DNA of 64,000 bases from Vicugna vicugna (Eukaryota): contig MU057640.1 in the NCBI GenBank assembly GCA_013265495.1, positions 1,249,303 to 1,313,302 of the forward strand. The letters are read 5' to 3'. Both the position numbers and the translations under genes were made by a program. The notes under the pieces are model-generated. The model saw only the letters and a program-made list of their open reading frames with translations, ran no database searches and was not told where the DNA came from. This document shows positions 11,705 through 25,100 of the stretch, piece after piece; positions within the stretch are counted from its first letter, which is position 1, and every line of letters begins with the position of its first letter.

Positions 11705-12610
11705 AACCATGAGCTAGCCTGGTCAGGGGAGAAAGGGCAAAAGTCTACAGACACAGAATGATAGATGCTAAGAGGACAAAAACCACGGATCCAGAGGAAA
11801 TTAAGATAATTGCAGCATGTTAATACTGAATGAAATGGACAGTTTTCTAGGAAAATACAACTTAAAAACTAACCCAGAGGAAAGAGAACATGAAAACAGG
11901 CCTTTTCTGTAAGAAAAGAAGAGAAAGTTCAAAGAGATGATCCCCAAGACGGCGTCAGGGAGGTCCACACGGGAATTCTACCAAAACGTCAAAGAACAGG
12001 TCATTCTAATAAAAAGAAGGAACATGTTCAAATTCCTTTTATGAGACCAGTATAATAATGATCACAAAATTTGTCAAGGCTTATGCGAAACAGACCAACT
12101 ATAGCTCAACCTCATGTGTGGACATCAATTCTAAGTTCAACAGTTTATTTAAAACTAAAACAGCCTGACCAAGTGGAGTTTATTCCTAGAATCATGTAAT
12201 ATCCTGTAACCATGTTCACAGATGCTGAAATGACATTTGACAAAATCAATATACCATTCTGGATCAAAACACACAGTGGAGTAGGAACACATGGATACTT
12301 CTCAACATGATAGATCTATGTGATGCCTGAGACAGAGTTAACAGGGACTATGAGAGGCAGTCCTCCTGAAGTCAGGGAGAAGCAAGTGTGCCGGCCATCA
12401 CCACCATTATTCAGTACTATCCTGGAGGTACCAGCTCACACAGTCCGAGGAGAGTAAGAAATTACAAGTATAAAACATTTAAAAGGAGAGGCTAAAATTA
12501 TCGTTGAAGATATTACTCTGTATCTGTAAAACCCAAGAACATCATTTGAAAATTCACTGCTAACAGAGCTGAGTATCATAGTAGGATACAAAATAAACAC
12601 ACAAATCAGT

Positions 12611-12614
<4 letters not shown>

Positions 12615-12643
<29 letters not shown>
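12615..12643. repeat. (CA)n microsatellite
   Basis: Read directly. Confidence 0.95.
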
Positions 12644-12649
<6 letters not shown>

Positions 12650-13237
12650 AACAGCCACTAGTTTATAGTAGATATAATGGAAAAATCTTTTTAATTTAAG
12701 TAGCAACCAAAAAATGCCTAGCAATAAGCATAACAAAAAGTATACAAGGATGTATGAAGAAAGTGTTTAAAAGTTACCGAAAGACCCAAAAGGAGACGTG
12801 ATCGAGGAGGGCGGAAACAGGAGGGGGGCAGGGAAGTGTTTTCACTGATGCTCCGGGTGATGTGCAGGAAACTGCAGGGCTTTCTCCTCCCGTGATTCGG
12901 AACATCCTCAGTCGCAGCTGGTTTAGTGTAAACTCACAGGGGATTGCTTGGGATGCATCAAGCAGAGGAATGGGCTCTGCCTTGCGTGGACCAGCATGTG
13001 ACTGAAGACCCCACCACAGAAGGTGGGGCTGGTGCTCCGTCAGCTCCACAGGGGTCAGAGGAGGATAGTCAGGTCTGAGCACTAAGCACAAAGCCCCTCA
13101 CCTGCGCCAGGCTTCCACAAGGAAGGTGGAGGGGCTGGGGGAGCAGCAGGTACGAGGAAGGGGGCCCCCATCAGAACCGGCAGGGCGGAGCGCAGGCCAG
13201 GCCAGGCCAGGCCGGTGGCCACAGGTCCCATCCTGTC

Positions 13238-13372
13238 TGTCTGTGCCTCAGGGTGCTGTCTGTAAAGCAGGGATAATAAGAGTGTCTTCCACGTGGCCTT
13301 GTGGCAAGGATTGATGAACTGGTACAGTAAAGTGCTTAGAAGAGTTTCCAGTTCCCATGACCATTATTATTA
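13238..13372 (+). mobile_element. MIR SINE fragment
   Basis: ctgtgcctcag..tctgtaaagcagggataata..aaggattgatga..gtaaagtgcttagaa. Confidence 0.75.
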
Positions 13373-13679
13373 TGACACCACAGATTTAGGCGGGAGGAGG
13401 TAGAGAAGTTAAGTAATACAGCACGTTGTCAGCCTCTTCTTCTGGCCACTGAGTCCCTCTTCAGGAGCCCTAGGAGCCACATCCTCTGTCTAGAGAATTT
13501 CTTCAGTGGAGATGCGAGGACATGAGGCTCAGGGCGCCCCAGGGAAATCAAGTGTGTCCCCCAGGCCATGAGGGGCCAATCACTGTTGAGTAGAAAGGGT
13601 GGAAACCTTAGCTCAGGTCCCTGTTTATCTACTGCTGAATCACCTGCGTGGGGTGGGGAAGTCAGCCACAAGCAGTGTC

Positions 13680-14268
13680 TACTTCTCCCCTGAACTCCAG
13701 GCTCAGCAGCCTCCACCTCCCTTGAAATGCATGACGGGCATGTCAAACTTCAAGGAGTCAAAACAGAGATCCTTCCCAAACCTGCCGCTCCCACGGGGCT
13801 CCCAGGGATAGTAAATGGCATTTCTGTTCATCCAGCTGTCTGGCCCCAAGACTGCGAACTATCTTCAACTCTCTCCTTCACTCCCCATGACTCAGCCCAT
13901 TGGCTGTGCCTTCAGGATGCGTCCTGACCTCAGCCTCCTCTCACCCCTCCCACTTCTGTCAGCCTTGATCATCCACGCCGCTGTGATTTCTTGCCTAGAC
14001 CGCTACAGAATCCTCCCATCTCTCCTGCCTCTTTCCACTCTTGCCCTCCAGCAGCCAGAGTGAGCCTCTTAAATCGTTAGAACAGCACACGAGGCCCTGC
14101 TGAAACCTTCCAATGGCTCTGGTCATAGGCCAAGAGGACAGAGGTCTCACCAGTCTATTCAGTTTATAACCACATGACCAACAACATCACCTGGCACATT
14201 GTTGAACTGGAGAACTGTAACATTTGTTGAATGAATGAGGGAATGAATAGATAATGAATGAATGAATT
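13680..14268 (+). mobile_element. L2 LINE 3' end
   Basis: ctcccctgaactccag..aaacttcaa..ccagcagccagagtgagcctcttaaa..ccttccaatggctc..catttgttgaatgaatga terminal (TGAA)n. Confidence 0.8.
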
Positions 14269-14719
14269 GGAATCCTTTACAATCTCAACTTCTCTATTTC
14301 ACACACGAGGCTAATATTGGCCAGTGGGAATTCGGTGAATTCGGGCTGGTGAATCTTTTGCATCCTGTATGGAAATAGCCCTCCATGTCTTCTAACCTGT
14401 TGCAAAGTATTCAAGATTCAGAAAAAAACAGATCATTTGACTATCTCTTTTCATACCCATTTATGCCTTCAGTTGTTCAGCTACATCACGGCTTTAAACA
14501 TCTTTAGAGACAATGTCGGGATATTAGCTTTCACTATGGGCCAGGAATCAAGGGACTGTTGAATGACACACTCTGGAGTTAAATTTAATAGCATGTGATG
14601 GGGAGGGAGGCAGGTGTGTGGTAGTGGAAGGAACGTGGCCATCACAGCCAGGCTGACCTGGTTGTGAACCCTGGCTGCAGCACCTGCTAACAGAATGCTC
14701 AAGTGCATAGTTGCTAAAG

Positions 14720-14950
14720 CTTTGGGCTGAGTGTAAAGCCCACTTCTGCCTGTTATTAGCTGTGTGACCTTGGGCAAGTCACTTGGCCTCTCTGAACCTC
14801 AGCATCCTTACATTTAAAGTGGTAAGAATAATATAATCTATCCCCATAGAGTTGTCATGAGAATCACATGAGGTAGTACACACAGATTAGCAGAAACCGG
14901 ATCTCTAGTAAGGTACCAAATACTTAATAAATATTGGCTGTTATTATAAA
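14720..14950 (+). mobile_element. MIR SINE
   Basis: agctgtgtgaccttgggcaagtcacttggcctctctgaacctcag core. Confidence 0.85.
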
Positions 14951-16486
14951 TAATCTTGGGCATAGGCATTTGTGAGGATTAAATAAAATTACATGTAAAG
15001 TCTATACTGTGTATATAATATCCCGACATTACTGCTCCCCTACTATCCATTGGGAGAGAGAAAACCAAGGAGAGCCATTGCAGAGATACCCAGCGTCAGA
15101 AAAGAGAAGTTGGACACTACCAGACACTAGTTAAGGGAAAAGGAAGAGTTATAAGATTAAAAACAACAACAAGCAAGCAAAGACACCCACAGGAAGCCTA
15201 GGGGCTATTTAAAAGGCCACTTATTAGAAACCCAAGAAATAGACTGTGCCAAAGACCAAAAACACCAGGCATTCAAAACCTGCGAAGTCGAAGACACTGC
15301 CACAATGAAAAAAACATTTTTCACAAACTGAAATGAGAGCCCGAGGACTCCGAACGGGAGAGCCCACAAAAAACAGCAGCTGAATATTGTTTGAACAGCA
15401 AACATCAAGCATCCACTGTATAACCTGGGAATTGGGCCCAAAAGACTTTAAAGAGCGCTTTGCAGAGAACTCCGGGGTCAAGAAGAAACTCCTTTGACTA
15501 CGGCACCGGGAGGAAGTGATCCTCACATGACCTGCTTACCCAGACTGAAAAAGAGAGCGAGGAAGCAGCGGGGGAAACAGAGCAAAGAAGTGAAAACCTC
15601 GTGCTGCCTGGGCAGGACAGGGGACTGGGGCACAGAAGGGACACATAGCTTGTTCACCAGCAGTGCAGTTTCTCTTCTCTTTGTCTCATAATATTTATGA
15701 AGAGATTTACATAAATATAATGGCTACAACTTCTTTTTTTTTTTTTTTACCACTTAAACAAACGTCACAGTAACCTTGCTAGAATTATACTGAGGTATGT
15801 AGCACAATGTTTTCAAGCTACTGCAACTCAGCTGATACAAACTCAACAAATATATCTTTGCTAAGAGGTCCGGTCGCTCCTGTCACATTTTGTTTTGAAG
15901 GAGCCTCTATCAGGCTCTTTAACTATCCCCAGGAATAATCATTAAGTGGCTTTCTCCGTGATAAAAGAGAACCACCAATGTCATTCTTTATTTTACCAAC
16001 AATGCTGTGATTTTGGATGCCAGGTAAACAAAGTCTTCAATGACTCACAGCCCTCACCATCAGCTGCCTTTATCCAGCTGTCGAACTTCATTTTCATTTG
16101 TGATCAAGTCAAATGCAATCGAAAACATTTATTTTTGCCTTTGTGTTGAATGAGAATGTTCAGTCATTCATGGAAACGAGTATCTGCTGCAAAAAGGCAA
16201 CGTGGTGAGTCATTTTTTATCATCAAGTTTAACAATAAAATCATTCACCCATTCACACTTCTACCCTTGCCTCAAAGTCTTACGTTTTCTCCACAAAGAC
16301 AAACAACCGTTTAATTCTTTGCCTGAAAAGTTTAATGAGCACCTTCTCCCAGCTGAGCGAGCACAAGCTTTCAACTTTCTCTGAAAAGGTCAGTATTCAA
16401 ACCATTGGTCTTTACACAGTGTATATACCATTTTTAGGGAGCAACTGAGAACGCTAATGCCACTGAGAAGATGAAGACTCAGACCC

Positions 16487-16970
16487 TGTGATGGTGGGCT
16501 TTATGTGTCAACTTGACTGGGATAAGGGATGCCCAGATGTCTAGTAAAACTTTATTACTGGCTGTGTCTGTGAAGGTAGTTCCAGGAGAGATTAGCATTG
16601 AGCTGAATCCAATGTTTATCAGTAGACTGAATAAAAAAAGAGCATCTTCACTCACGCAGGTGGGCATCATCCAATCTGCTGAGGTCCTGAACAGAACAGA
16701 AAGGCAGAGCAAAGGTGCATGCGCTCTCCTACTGGACCAGGACATCCGTCTTCCCCTGCCCTTGAACATCAGCTCCCCTGGTTCTCAGACGTTCAGGTTC
16801 AGGCTAGAACTGTCCCACTGGCTTTCCTATGACTTCAGCTTGCAGGCAGCAGATGGTGGGACATGCTAGTCTCCATAATTGCCAGAGCCACATCCTAATC
16901 ATAAATCTCTTTCTATATCTCTGTGCATTTCCCATTGGTACTGTTTCTCTGGAGAACCCTGACTGATACA
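16487..16970 (+). mobile_element. MLT2-type ERVL solo LTR
   Basis: tgtgatgg..ttatgtgtcaacttgactggg start and ..ctgtttctctggagaaccctgactgataca end, characteristic of MLT2. Confidence 0.9.
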
Positions 16971-18002
16971 GGCTCTCTGAGGGAAGGCAATCCGAATCAC
17001 GGTGGTGTGACTGTTGGTGTGTGGCCATGGCTTCTGTGTGGGCTGCTTCTCCTGAGCATTGCCCACTTGTGGACATGAGGCTATGTATGTGTAATGCGTG
17101 CCCACTACCTCTTAGGTAAAATCTTATATATATATATATATATAAAGAAGATGGTATTTCCAAAAGCTGTGGGCAATTTTTTAAATGTAGGAGATATTTA
17201 GATGCTTCTTTTAAACCTGGGCTTTATAATTGTGGGGATGCAAATGAGCACACATCTTTATTTAATAAACTCTGTGTGATTAAAAAAAACTGATCAATAG
17301 AGAATGAGTGTCGCAGTGACATTGAAAAATCAATCACGGAATTTTGAATGCATCTCAGGAATTCCTGTGGCTAACAAGAAACATGTCTGGGTTAGAAATA
17401 ATACAGTGGAAACAAATAAAAATTGCTTGAATCTTCTTTCAAAGTTCCAGAATCACTTCATAGGAGAAAAGTGGACAGAGATTTATGTCATCGATCTGAC
17501 TGGACGTGTTTAGGTTCAGGAAGAGACAGCCAGGCTGAAATGATGATGCATTTTTACATGTTTGGAAGGCGAACCTGAACTCTGACTAAAAGATGAAAGT
17601 CAACCCCATTTTTACATCTGATTGGACTAAAACCATTAATGAATTTGACATTTTATTGTGTGTGTTTTGCTCCATTTTAAATGAGGTATGGGTGAAAATG
17701 TGTTGATTTGCAAACTCCTTTTAATCAAGTTAAAGAAATTTTTAATGAGCTATGTGAACCACTTGTCGTGGATACAGTGGTGCCATCTTTGCTAGTCATT
17801 ATGAAGATTCACTCCGGAGCCCCAAGACCACGCCAAATCGGCTACAGTTATCAATTACTTCAGTTTGTTCTGAACGTCCTTCATTGTCGTGTGGACATTA
17901 AAGCTTACACTTTAAATGCCTTTTAACCATCTATCCATGCTCCCAGTTGAGAATTTAAAAATTAAAATTTAAAATTATTCCACTTAAAAATAGAATGACA
18001 TT

Positions 18003-18133
18003 GAGGGGAGGGTATAGCTCAGTGGTAGAGTGCATGCTTAGCATGCACAAGGTGCTGGGTTCAATCCCCAGTACCTCCATCAAAACAAATACATAAATAC
18101 ATAAATAAACCTAATTCCCACCCCCTTAGGAAA
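18003..18133 (+). mobile_element. Camelid tRNA-derived SINE (vic-1-like)
   Basis: ggggagggtatagctcagtggtagagtgcatgcttagcatgcac..gggttcaatcccc (A and B boxes), A-rich tail, perfect 17-bp TSD aaaaatagaatgacatt at 17986-18002 / 18134-18150. Confidence 0.9.
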
Positions 18134-18189
18134 AAAAATAGAATGACATTAAGAGCCCTCTTCTCCCTCCCCCCACCCTTTCACTCATT

Positions 18190-18221
18190 CACACACACAC
18201 ACCCACACACACACACACACA
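18190..18221. repeat. (CA)n microsatellite
   Basis: Read directly. Confidence 0.9.
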
Positions 18222-18578
18222 GAATTTTCCATACTTTTTTCTGGAAACATACAAGGAGTGTTTCCTTGTAGATTAACTTAGGAGGAAACTCAACCCGTCT
18301 TTGGCTGATGGACCACCTAAGCTGAACTGGATTAGAAAGCCACGTCGTACTCTATAACCACATTATCCTTATATAACCAGTTTGCCCTTCTGCTGCCCCA
18401 CCTACCACTCATATCTACAGTCAGCAAAGAAAGACCTCCTTGGCCTCCTGTTGAAACCCAAGTGTCCAGAATTGGCAGGACACAAGAATACAGGGTCAGG
18501 ACTTCTTTATTATGTAGGAAGGAATGAGGATCTCTAGGAGTGTTGGGAGACTACCAGACAGTGAAGACTGGGGAATGG

Positions 18579-18582
<4 letters not shown>

Positions 18583-18622
<40 letters not shown>
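18583..18622. repeat. (GT)20 microsatellite
   Basis: Read directly. Confidence 0.95.
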
Positions 18623-18625
<3 letters not shown>

Positions 18626-19390
18626 GCCAAAGGAAGGACCTAAAACAGGAGGGAGACGGAGGGCTGTGAAGTTGGGAGTTGTTCAGCACACCAGGAGCCT
18701 AAAAGACAAGGACCACCAGATAGTGGAAGGAAGTGAGTTAACTGAAAGGAATAACGTCTCCTACACCTCTGAGTCTGTAGTTCTTTGAGATGTCTGTTTG
18801 AGCCCTTCAGAGAGGGAAGGCTTCCTGCCTGTTGCAGGGCCCCGCAGCAAGGACAAGTAAGAATCACGGGGCTGGAGATGGATGAAATCGTAGCCAATAT
18901 TCAATGCATGAATCATTTGAATTATTGCATCCAATTAGCACACAACATAGGTTACGTAAAGTAGGAAAAAGAAGGTAACAAACCTCTCCAAAGAGAAGTC
19001 AAGGGAGGAGGCATCTCAGCAGAGCATCAGGTCGGCAGTGGGTCTCATGGCAAGAATGAGCAGGAAGCCACCTTCTGCTCCAACAGGGCCTCAGGCGGCA
19101 TCTGTCTGCAACAGCTCTCAGCAGCATGGTGTCAGTTCCCTCAGCAAAGAGCCTTCAAGCCAAGTCTCTTTTTAAGGAGTAATAAATACCCCAGGGACAG
19201 GGTCTTGACTCTACCAGGCGCTCTCTCTGTCCCCGGGACATACGCTGCCCATCGTATTTCTTCCCTGAAGTAACACTCTAAGTTTATCACTCTGAGACAT
19301 GCACAGTCCTACAGCAGATGTTTTGAAACAACTAATATGGAAATTCACTCTGGCCACTGGGACTCCATTTTGAACTACTTAGCATGTCTT

Positions 19391-19686
19391 TTGTTTGTTT
19401 GTTTATCTATTGTTTATTATTTTATATAGAGTAGTGTGTATCTGCTAATCCCAAGCTCCTAATTTATCCCCCCTTTCCCCTTTGGTAACCATAAGTTTGT
19501 TTTCTATGTCCATGAATCTGTTTCCGGTTTGTAAATAAGTTGATTCGAATCGTATTTTAGACTCCACATCTAAGTAATATCCTATTATATTTGTATTTCT
19601 CTGCCTGACTTCACTTAGTATGATAATCTCTAGGTCCACCCATGTTGCTGCCAATGGCATTACTTCATTCTTTTTTTATGGCTGAG
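19391..19686 (-). mobile_element. 5'-truncated L1 3' end (artiodactyl type)
   Basis: ORF 19445-19660 begins with the L1 ORF2 C-terminus ([18 protein letters not shown]); TSD tgaactacttagcatgtctt 19371-19390 / tgaaccacttaacatgtctt 19687-19706. Confidence 0.9.
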
Positions 19687-21079
19687 TGAACCACTTAACA
19701 TGTCTTAAAATAGCTTAAATCACCTGCGTTTCACATGAGATCGGTAGGAATCGTAAAACGAAAGAAATCACATCATAACACGTAATCGTCCATCAAGTCC
19801 AGCCTGGGTTCTGGCTCAGAGGAGGGATGAGCTGGTTCTCAGTAGGCATGCTGCAGCCAAGGGCGGGACATTGTGGTGCGCTTGCCCCTCCCCAGAGCAT
19901 CACAGGTCCCCAAATGTCTCCTCAGCCTGAGTCCCCAAGGCTGGTTCCCCTGCCCTCCCAGTGCAATTCCCTGTGGGGTTCTGCCTCACCAGTTACAAGG
20001 AGTTGGCCTCTACAGGTAGAGAGACCTGTGGAAAAGAGGGGGTGCAAATCCCTGAAGCCCTCCCCATCCCCAAATACAGCCCCCTTTACACCTGTCCCTA
20101 CTTGTTTGAAATGCACTTCTTTTTCCAAGGAGCATGGCATCTTCGTGACAGTGGCCAATGTGAGTTGCTGCTGTTTTCAAAGCACTTAGCACATCGCTTC
20201 CTGGTCTTCACAACAGCCATGCGATCGAGCGTTAGCTGTAGTTCTGTGCTACGGTTGAGGAGACCCAGAATCTGACTTTGACTCCAAATCCCGTGCCCTT
20301 CTCATTACACTGCACTGTCGTCTTTGAGAAACATCTATTTCTGGGCCTTCTCTGGTATAAACTAGATTGTTGGACCTATTCCTCATACTGTTTCTCTTTT
20401 TTCTTCTCCCCCTCCTCTGTGCACCCCCAAAACAGCCTCTGAAATGTTTTCAGCAGGAAAGATATTTCCGTGGGTTTCAGGAAGCCCACGTAAAACGCAG
20501 ATGAAAAATTCACTAAGCTTTTTCCTAACAAGGCTCTTGCAACCTAATCATATTCGACCCCTTCCCCAACCTTTTGCATATTGAAAAGAACTGGCTTGTG
20601 CTATTTACCAACTGAATCACAACAGAGTTCTTTGTTGTAATTTTTTTTTTTACCATTGCTTCCAGAATTAGATATCTCCCTGCGAAGAGAATGCAAATGG
20701 GCAAAATGGTTTTGCTTTGCTTCTATTTCATTGTTAACCGTCTTTTTTTCACTAAAAACACCCTGAATGAAAACGTAATCAGGGCGTGCCCTGGGGAACT
20801 GTGTTTCTGGTGCCAGGCCTGCTGAGGTCTTCCCTCTCTAACTGAAACAGTCCTTTTAGCTTATTAAACATACATGAGAAACATCACATCTTTTTTCAAT
20901 TCCATCCCAGTTTAAAGTTTAAGGGAAATTTTGGTGCTTGGATAAATACAGGGAAGAATGGCACAGGCAAGGGTGAGGAGAGAATAAAAGGAGGGGAGGA
21001 ATACAGACTGGTATTCTGTCCCTCTGAGGGTCACTTTGTAATGGAAGATGGGCTAACGCGAGCCGGGAATGTGACATGG

Positions 21080-21240
21080 AAGGTTAGAGCTGGAAGGGAC
21101 TTTAGATACCGTTTACTCCATCTATTCCAATCTCATATTTAGATAAGGAAGGTGAGGCTCAGAGAGGTTAAGAGGGCATGCCCAAGGTCACACAGCAAGT
21201 ACGGAGCAGTCAGGGATGGTATGACAGTATCAGAGCCCTG
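21080..21240 (-). mobile_element. MIR/MIR3 SINE
   Basis: ttagagctggaagggactttaga..agataaggaaggtgaggctcagagaggtta..gcccaaggtcacacagc. Confidence 0.8.
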
Positions 21241-21854
21241 GGAAGCCTCATAGGCGCTACCTTCCCCCATTGGATACTGGCTTTCTCAGGAGCTACTCCA
21301 GGGAAGTCAGTCTTCCAAGAACCAAAGGCCATGCTCAGTTTATTTCAGAGCCAAGGCACAAGGAAGGGGCCAGGATAATCCTATTTCAAATAAGCTACTT
21401 TTTGGGTTTTGTGCCGATAAGAATTTTCAAGCAATCGTACTCCTGAAGTCACTGTGACTTCCTGAGAGTTTTTGTCCTTTGGTTGTTGTCTGGGCTTCTT
21501 TCTGGATTATGAGTCAGATCTCAACTATTGCAAATATTTACTGTCGCCATCTGTCCACTTCTCATTCCCTCTCTCCACACTTCCTCCAAACACATATGAT
21601 GGTCTAAGTTAACCAGATAAACTAGACAAGATAGGTCTGTTTACTCTGCTTAACTTATAATTACAGCTATGCAACTGGCTTCGGGGTATGCCTAAATTAA
21701 ACTGAAAGTAACCATTGTGAGCATTTGAAATCTAACCTCCTGCTATGGCAACCCCCGACCACATAATGCTTCTTGCCATGAGACTTTGCTTAATATCATA
21801 GAAATGTAAGATGAATGTTAATCCATTATGAATCTCAAAAAAAAAAGGAGTTTG

Positions 21855-21950
21855 GGGGTAGGGGTGGGTTTAGCTCAGTGGTAGAGTGCATGCTTAGCAC
21901 ACACGAGGTCCTGGGTTCAACCCCCGCTACCTCAACTAAAAAACAAAAAC
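21855..21950 (+). mobile_element. Camelid tRNA-derived SINE (vic-1-like)
   Basis: tagctcagtggtagagtgcatgcttagcacacacgaggtcctgggttcaacccc with A-tail; flanks ..aggagtttg / ..aggagtctg. Confidence 0.85.
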
Positions 21951-22119
21951 AGAGGAGTCTGCTGGTAAAGTGCCTAAGAACCATGTTATAAGTATACCAG
22001 GATGTTAAAAGGACACCAGTCTAAGTTTTGGTTCGGCTGAACCAAAGGCATAGCTAGCAAATAGTCTCTCTAAAGGACTTGCTCAGTGGTTGATTAAAAA
22101 CCAGTTTTTGACTTATGGA

Positions 22120-25100
22120 ATGAACTAAGTAGAACTTAAAGGAAATTCATGGCTATAAACACCTACATTAAAAAAGAAGAAAAAATAAAATATACATGAG
22201 CCCTACTGATACAAATAAATTATTGAATAAGTTAATAAATCACAGATATCCTATGAATTACAAATAAATTATGTAGATACTCCACTCTAAAGGAGGGGAA
22301 GCATAACTCCATACTCCTTAAGAGTGGGCTGCTCATCGTGACTGCCTTCCAAAAGTACCATATGGAACAAGGATAAACAAGAGTAACTTTACAGTAGAGA
22401 AACCTGCCAAACATTGCTTCAGCCAGGTGATCAAGTTCAACATCAGCCGTCATAAATCATGTTCATATACCCTCAATATGATGTGATAAAAATGACACTT
22501 TACCTCTTTTAGTTTCCTCCTATAATTTCGTAGCCCTAGTGTAATCAGGAGAAAAACAAAACACAAGTTCCAATAGAAGGACATCCTACAATATACCGGA
22601 TCAGTACTCCTGAACACTGTCAACATTATCAAAAAATAAGGAAAGTCAGAGAACCGGTCATAGCCAAGAGGAGGCTAAGGGGAAATAACATATATAAGGT
22701 GGTACCCTAGATGGGATCCTAGAACATGAAAAGGACGTTTTGTCAAGAGAATAAGAAGACAAACTACAGAACAGGAGAAAATATTTGCAAAAGACACATC
22801 TAATAAAGGACTGTTATCCAAAACATACAAAGAACTCTTCGAACTCAACAATGAGAAAACAAACTACCCAATTAAAAAGTGAGCCAAAGGCCATACTTAG
22901 CAGACACCTAACCAAAGAAGATATACAGATGGCAAATAGCATATAAAAAGATGTTCCACATCTTATGTCGTCGGGGAAATATAAATTAAGTCAACAAAGA
23001 GATACCACTACACATCTATTACAGTAGCCAAAATCCAGAACATTGACAACACTGAATGCTGATGAGAATGTGAAGCAACAGGAACTCTTATTCATTGCTG
23101 GGAGAATGTAAAGTGATATAGGCATTTCAAAAGACAGTTGGCTACTTCGAACAAAACTAAACACACTCTTACCATATGATCTAGCAGCTGCATTCCTTTG
23201 TATTCACCCAAAGAAGTTAAAAACCTATGTCCATACCAAAAAAAAAAAAAACCCAATAAATGTTTATGGCAATTTTATTCATCATTGCCAAGACTTGGAA
23301 GAAACCAACATATCCTTCAGGTGAATGGATAAATAAACTCAGGTATATCCAGACAATGGAATATTATTCAGCACTAAAAAGAAATGAGTTATCAAGCCAT
23401 GAAAAGACATGGAGGAAACTTAAATGCATATTACTAAGTGAAAAAAAGTTAATTTGAAAGACTACATACATACTATGTAATTCCACCTGTTTGACTTTCT
23501 GTAAAAGGCAAACCCATGAGACAGTTAAAAAAAAATCAGTGGTTTCCAGGGGTTGGGAGTCAGGGGAAAGGATGAATAGGTAGGACAGAGAGGACTTTTA
23601 GGGTGGTGAAATTATTCTGGATGATACTATAATGATGCATACGTGGCATTATACGTTTTATTATAACAACATTATGTGGCAACTATGAAAAACTACCATC
23701 TTACTTAAGGGTGAAAAAACTTTGCTTTTCTCCTAAGATAAGGACCAAAACAAGGATGTCCTCTATTGTCACTTCTATTCAACATTGTACCAGAGATTCT
23801 AGCCAAAGCAATTAGGTAAGAAAATAAATGTAAAAAGTCATCCAGATTGGACAGGAGTAAGTAAAACTTGCAGGTAACATGACTTTGTATATAGAAAACT
23901 CCAAAGAATCCACTACAAAATTACTAGAATTAATAAACAAATTTAGCAAAGTTACAGGATAGAAGATCATAAGTCAATTATAGTTCTACACACTTGCATT
24001 GAACAATCCAAAAACAAAATTAAGAATACAATTCCATTTATAATAGCATCAAAAATAATAAAATACTTAAGAATATACTTCACAAAAGGAATACAAAACT
24101 TATACTCTTTTTTTTATTGAGTTATAGTCAGTTTACAATGTGTCAATTTCTGGTGTACAGCACAATTTTTCAGTCATACATGAATATACCTATATTCACG
24201 TTCATATTCTTTTTCACCGTGAGCTACTACAAGATCCTGTATATATTTCCCTGTGCTATACAGTATAAACTTGTTGATCTATTCTGTATATACCTGTCAG
24301 TATCTACAAATCTCAAACTCCCAGGCTGTCCCTTCCCACCCCTCTTCCCCCTGGCAACCACAAGTTTGTATTCTATGTCTGTGAGTCTGCTTTTGCAAGA
24401 CTTATACTCTTGAAACTACAACATTTCTCTTGGAAGAAATTAAAAGAAGACCTAAGTAAATGGTAAGACTTTCCATGTTCATAGATCAGAAGATTTCAAA
24501 GTGTCCAAATGGTAATACTCCCCAAATTGATTTACTGATTCAGTGAAACCCCTATCAAAATCCCATATGGCTTCTTTGCATAAATTGACAAAATAATCCT
24601 AAAATTTGTGTGGAAATTCAAGAGACCCAGAAAAGCCAATTTACTCTGAAGCTGCAGTAGTCAAGACAGTGAGAAACTGGTGTAAAACAGAAACATAAGT
24701 CAACAGAATAAAACTGAGAAATAGATCATTATTTTTATAGCCAATAGATTTTAAACAAGGGCCCCTAGATAATTCAATGAGTAAAGAATAATCTTTTCAA
24801 TATATGGTACTGGGACAACTAGATATCCACATGTAAAATAAATAAGTTGGACTTCTACGTCACACCGTAAACAAAAATTAACTCCAGATTCAACAAAGAC
24901 CTCAGTCAGACAGCTAAAACTACAAAATTTTTAGACGAAAACACACATGTATATTTTCATGACCTTTCTAGGTTAAGCAGTGGCTTCCTAGATATGACAC
25001 CAAAGGTATAAGTAACAAAAGGAAAAAATAAATATAGTGGACATTATCAAAATATAAAAGTTCTGTGCATCAAAGGACACCAAGAAAGTGAAAAGTCAAC

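Larger units (their letters stand above)
8320..12790 (+). mobile_element. Old, decayed LINE-1 (L1M/L1ME-like; 5' region, ORF1 and ORF2 remnants) with nested LTRs
   Basis: A-rich sense strand with ORF2 relics such as aatgcaaatggcttcacttatctattaaaa..tcagattggat, gaattctaccaaa, gaccaagtggagtttattcctag, gatgctgaaatgacatttgacaaaatcaa. Confidence 0.8.

Noticed and set aside
18003..18133. tRNA-like sequences at 18003, 21855 and 38999 as real tRNA genes
   Set aside because: They have A-rich tails and (in at least the first two) TSDs, which marks them as SINE copies
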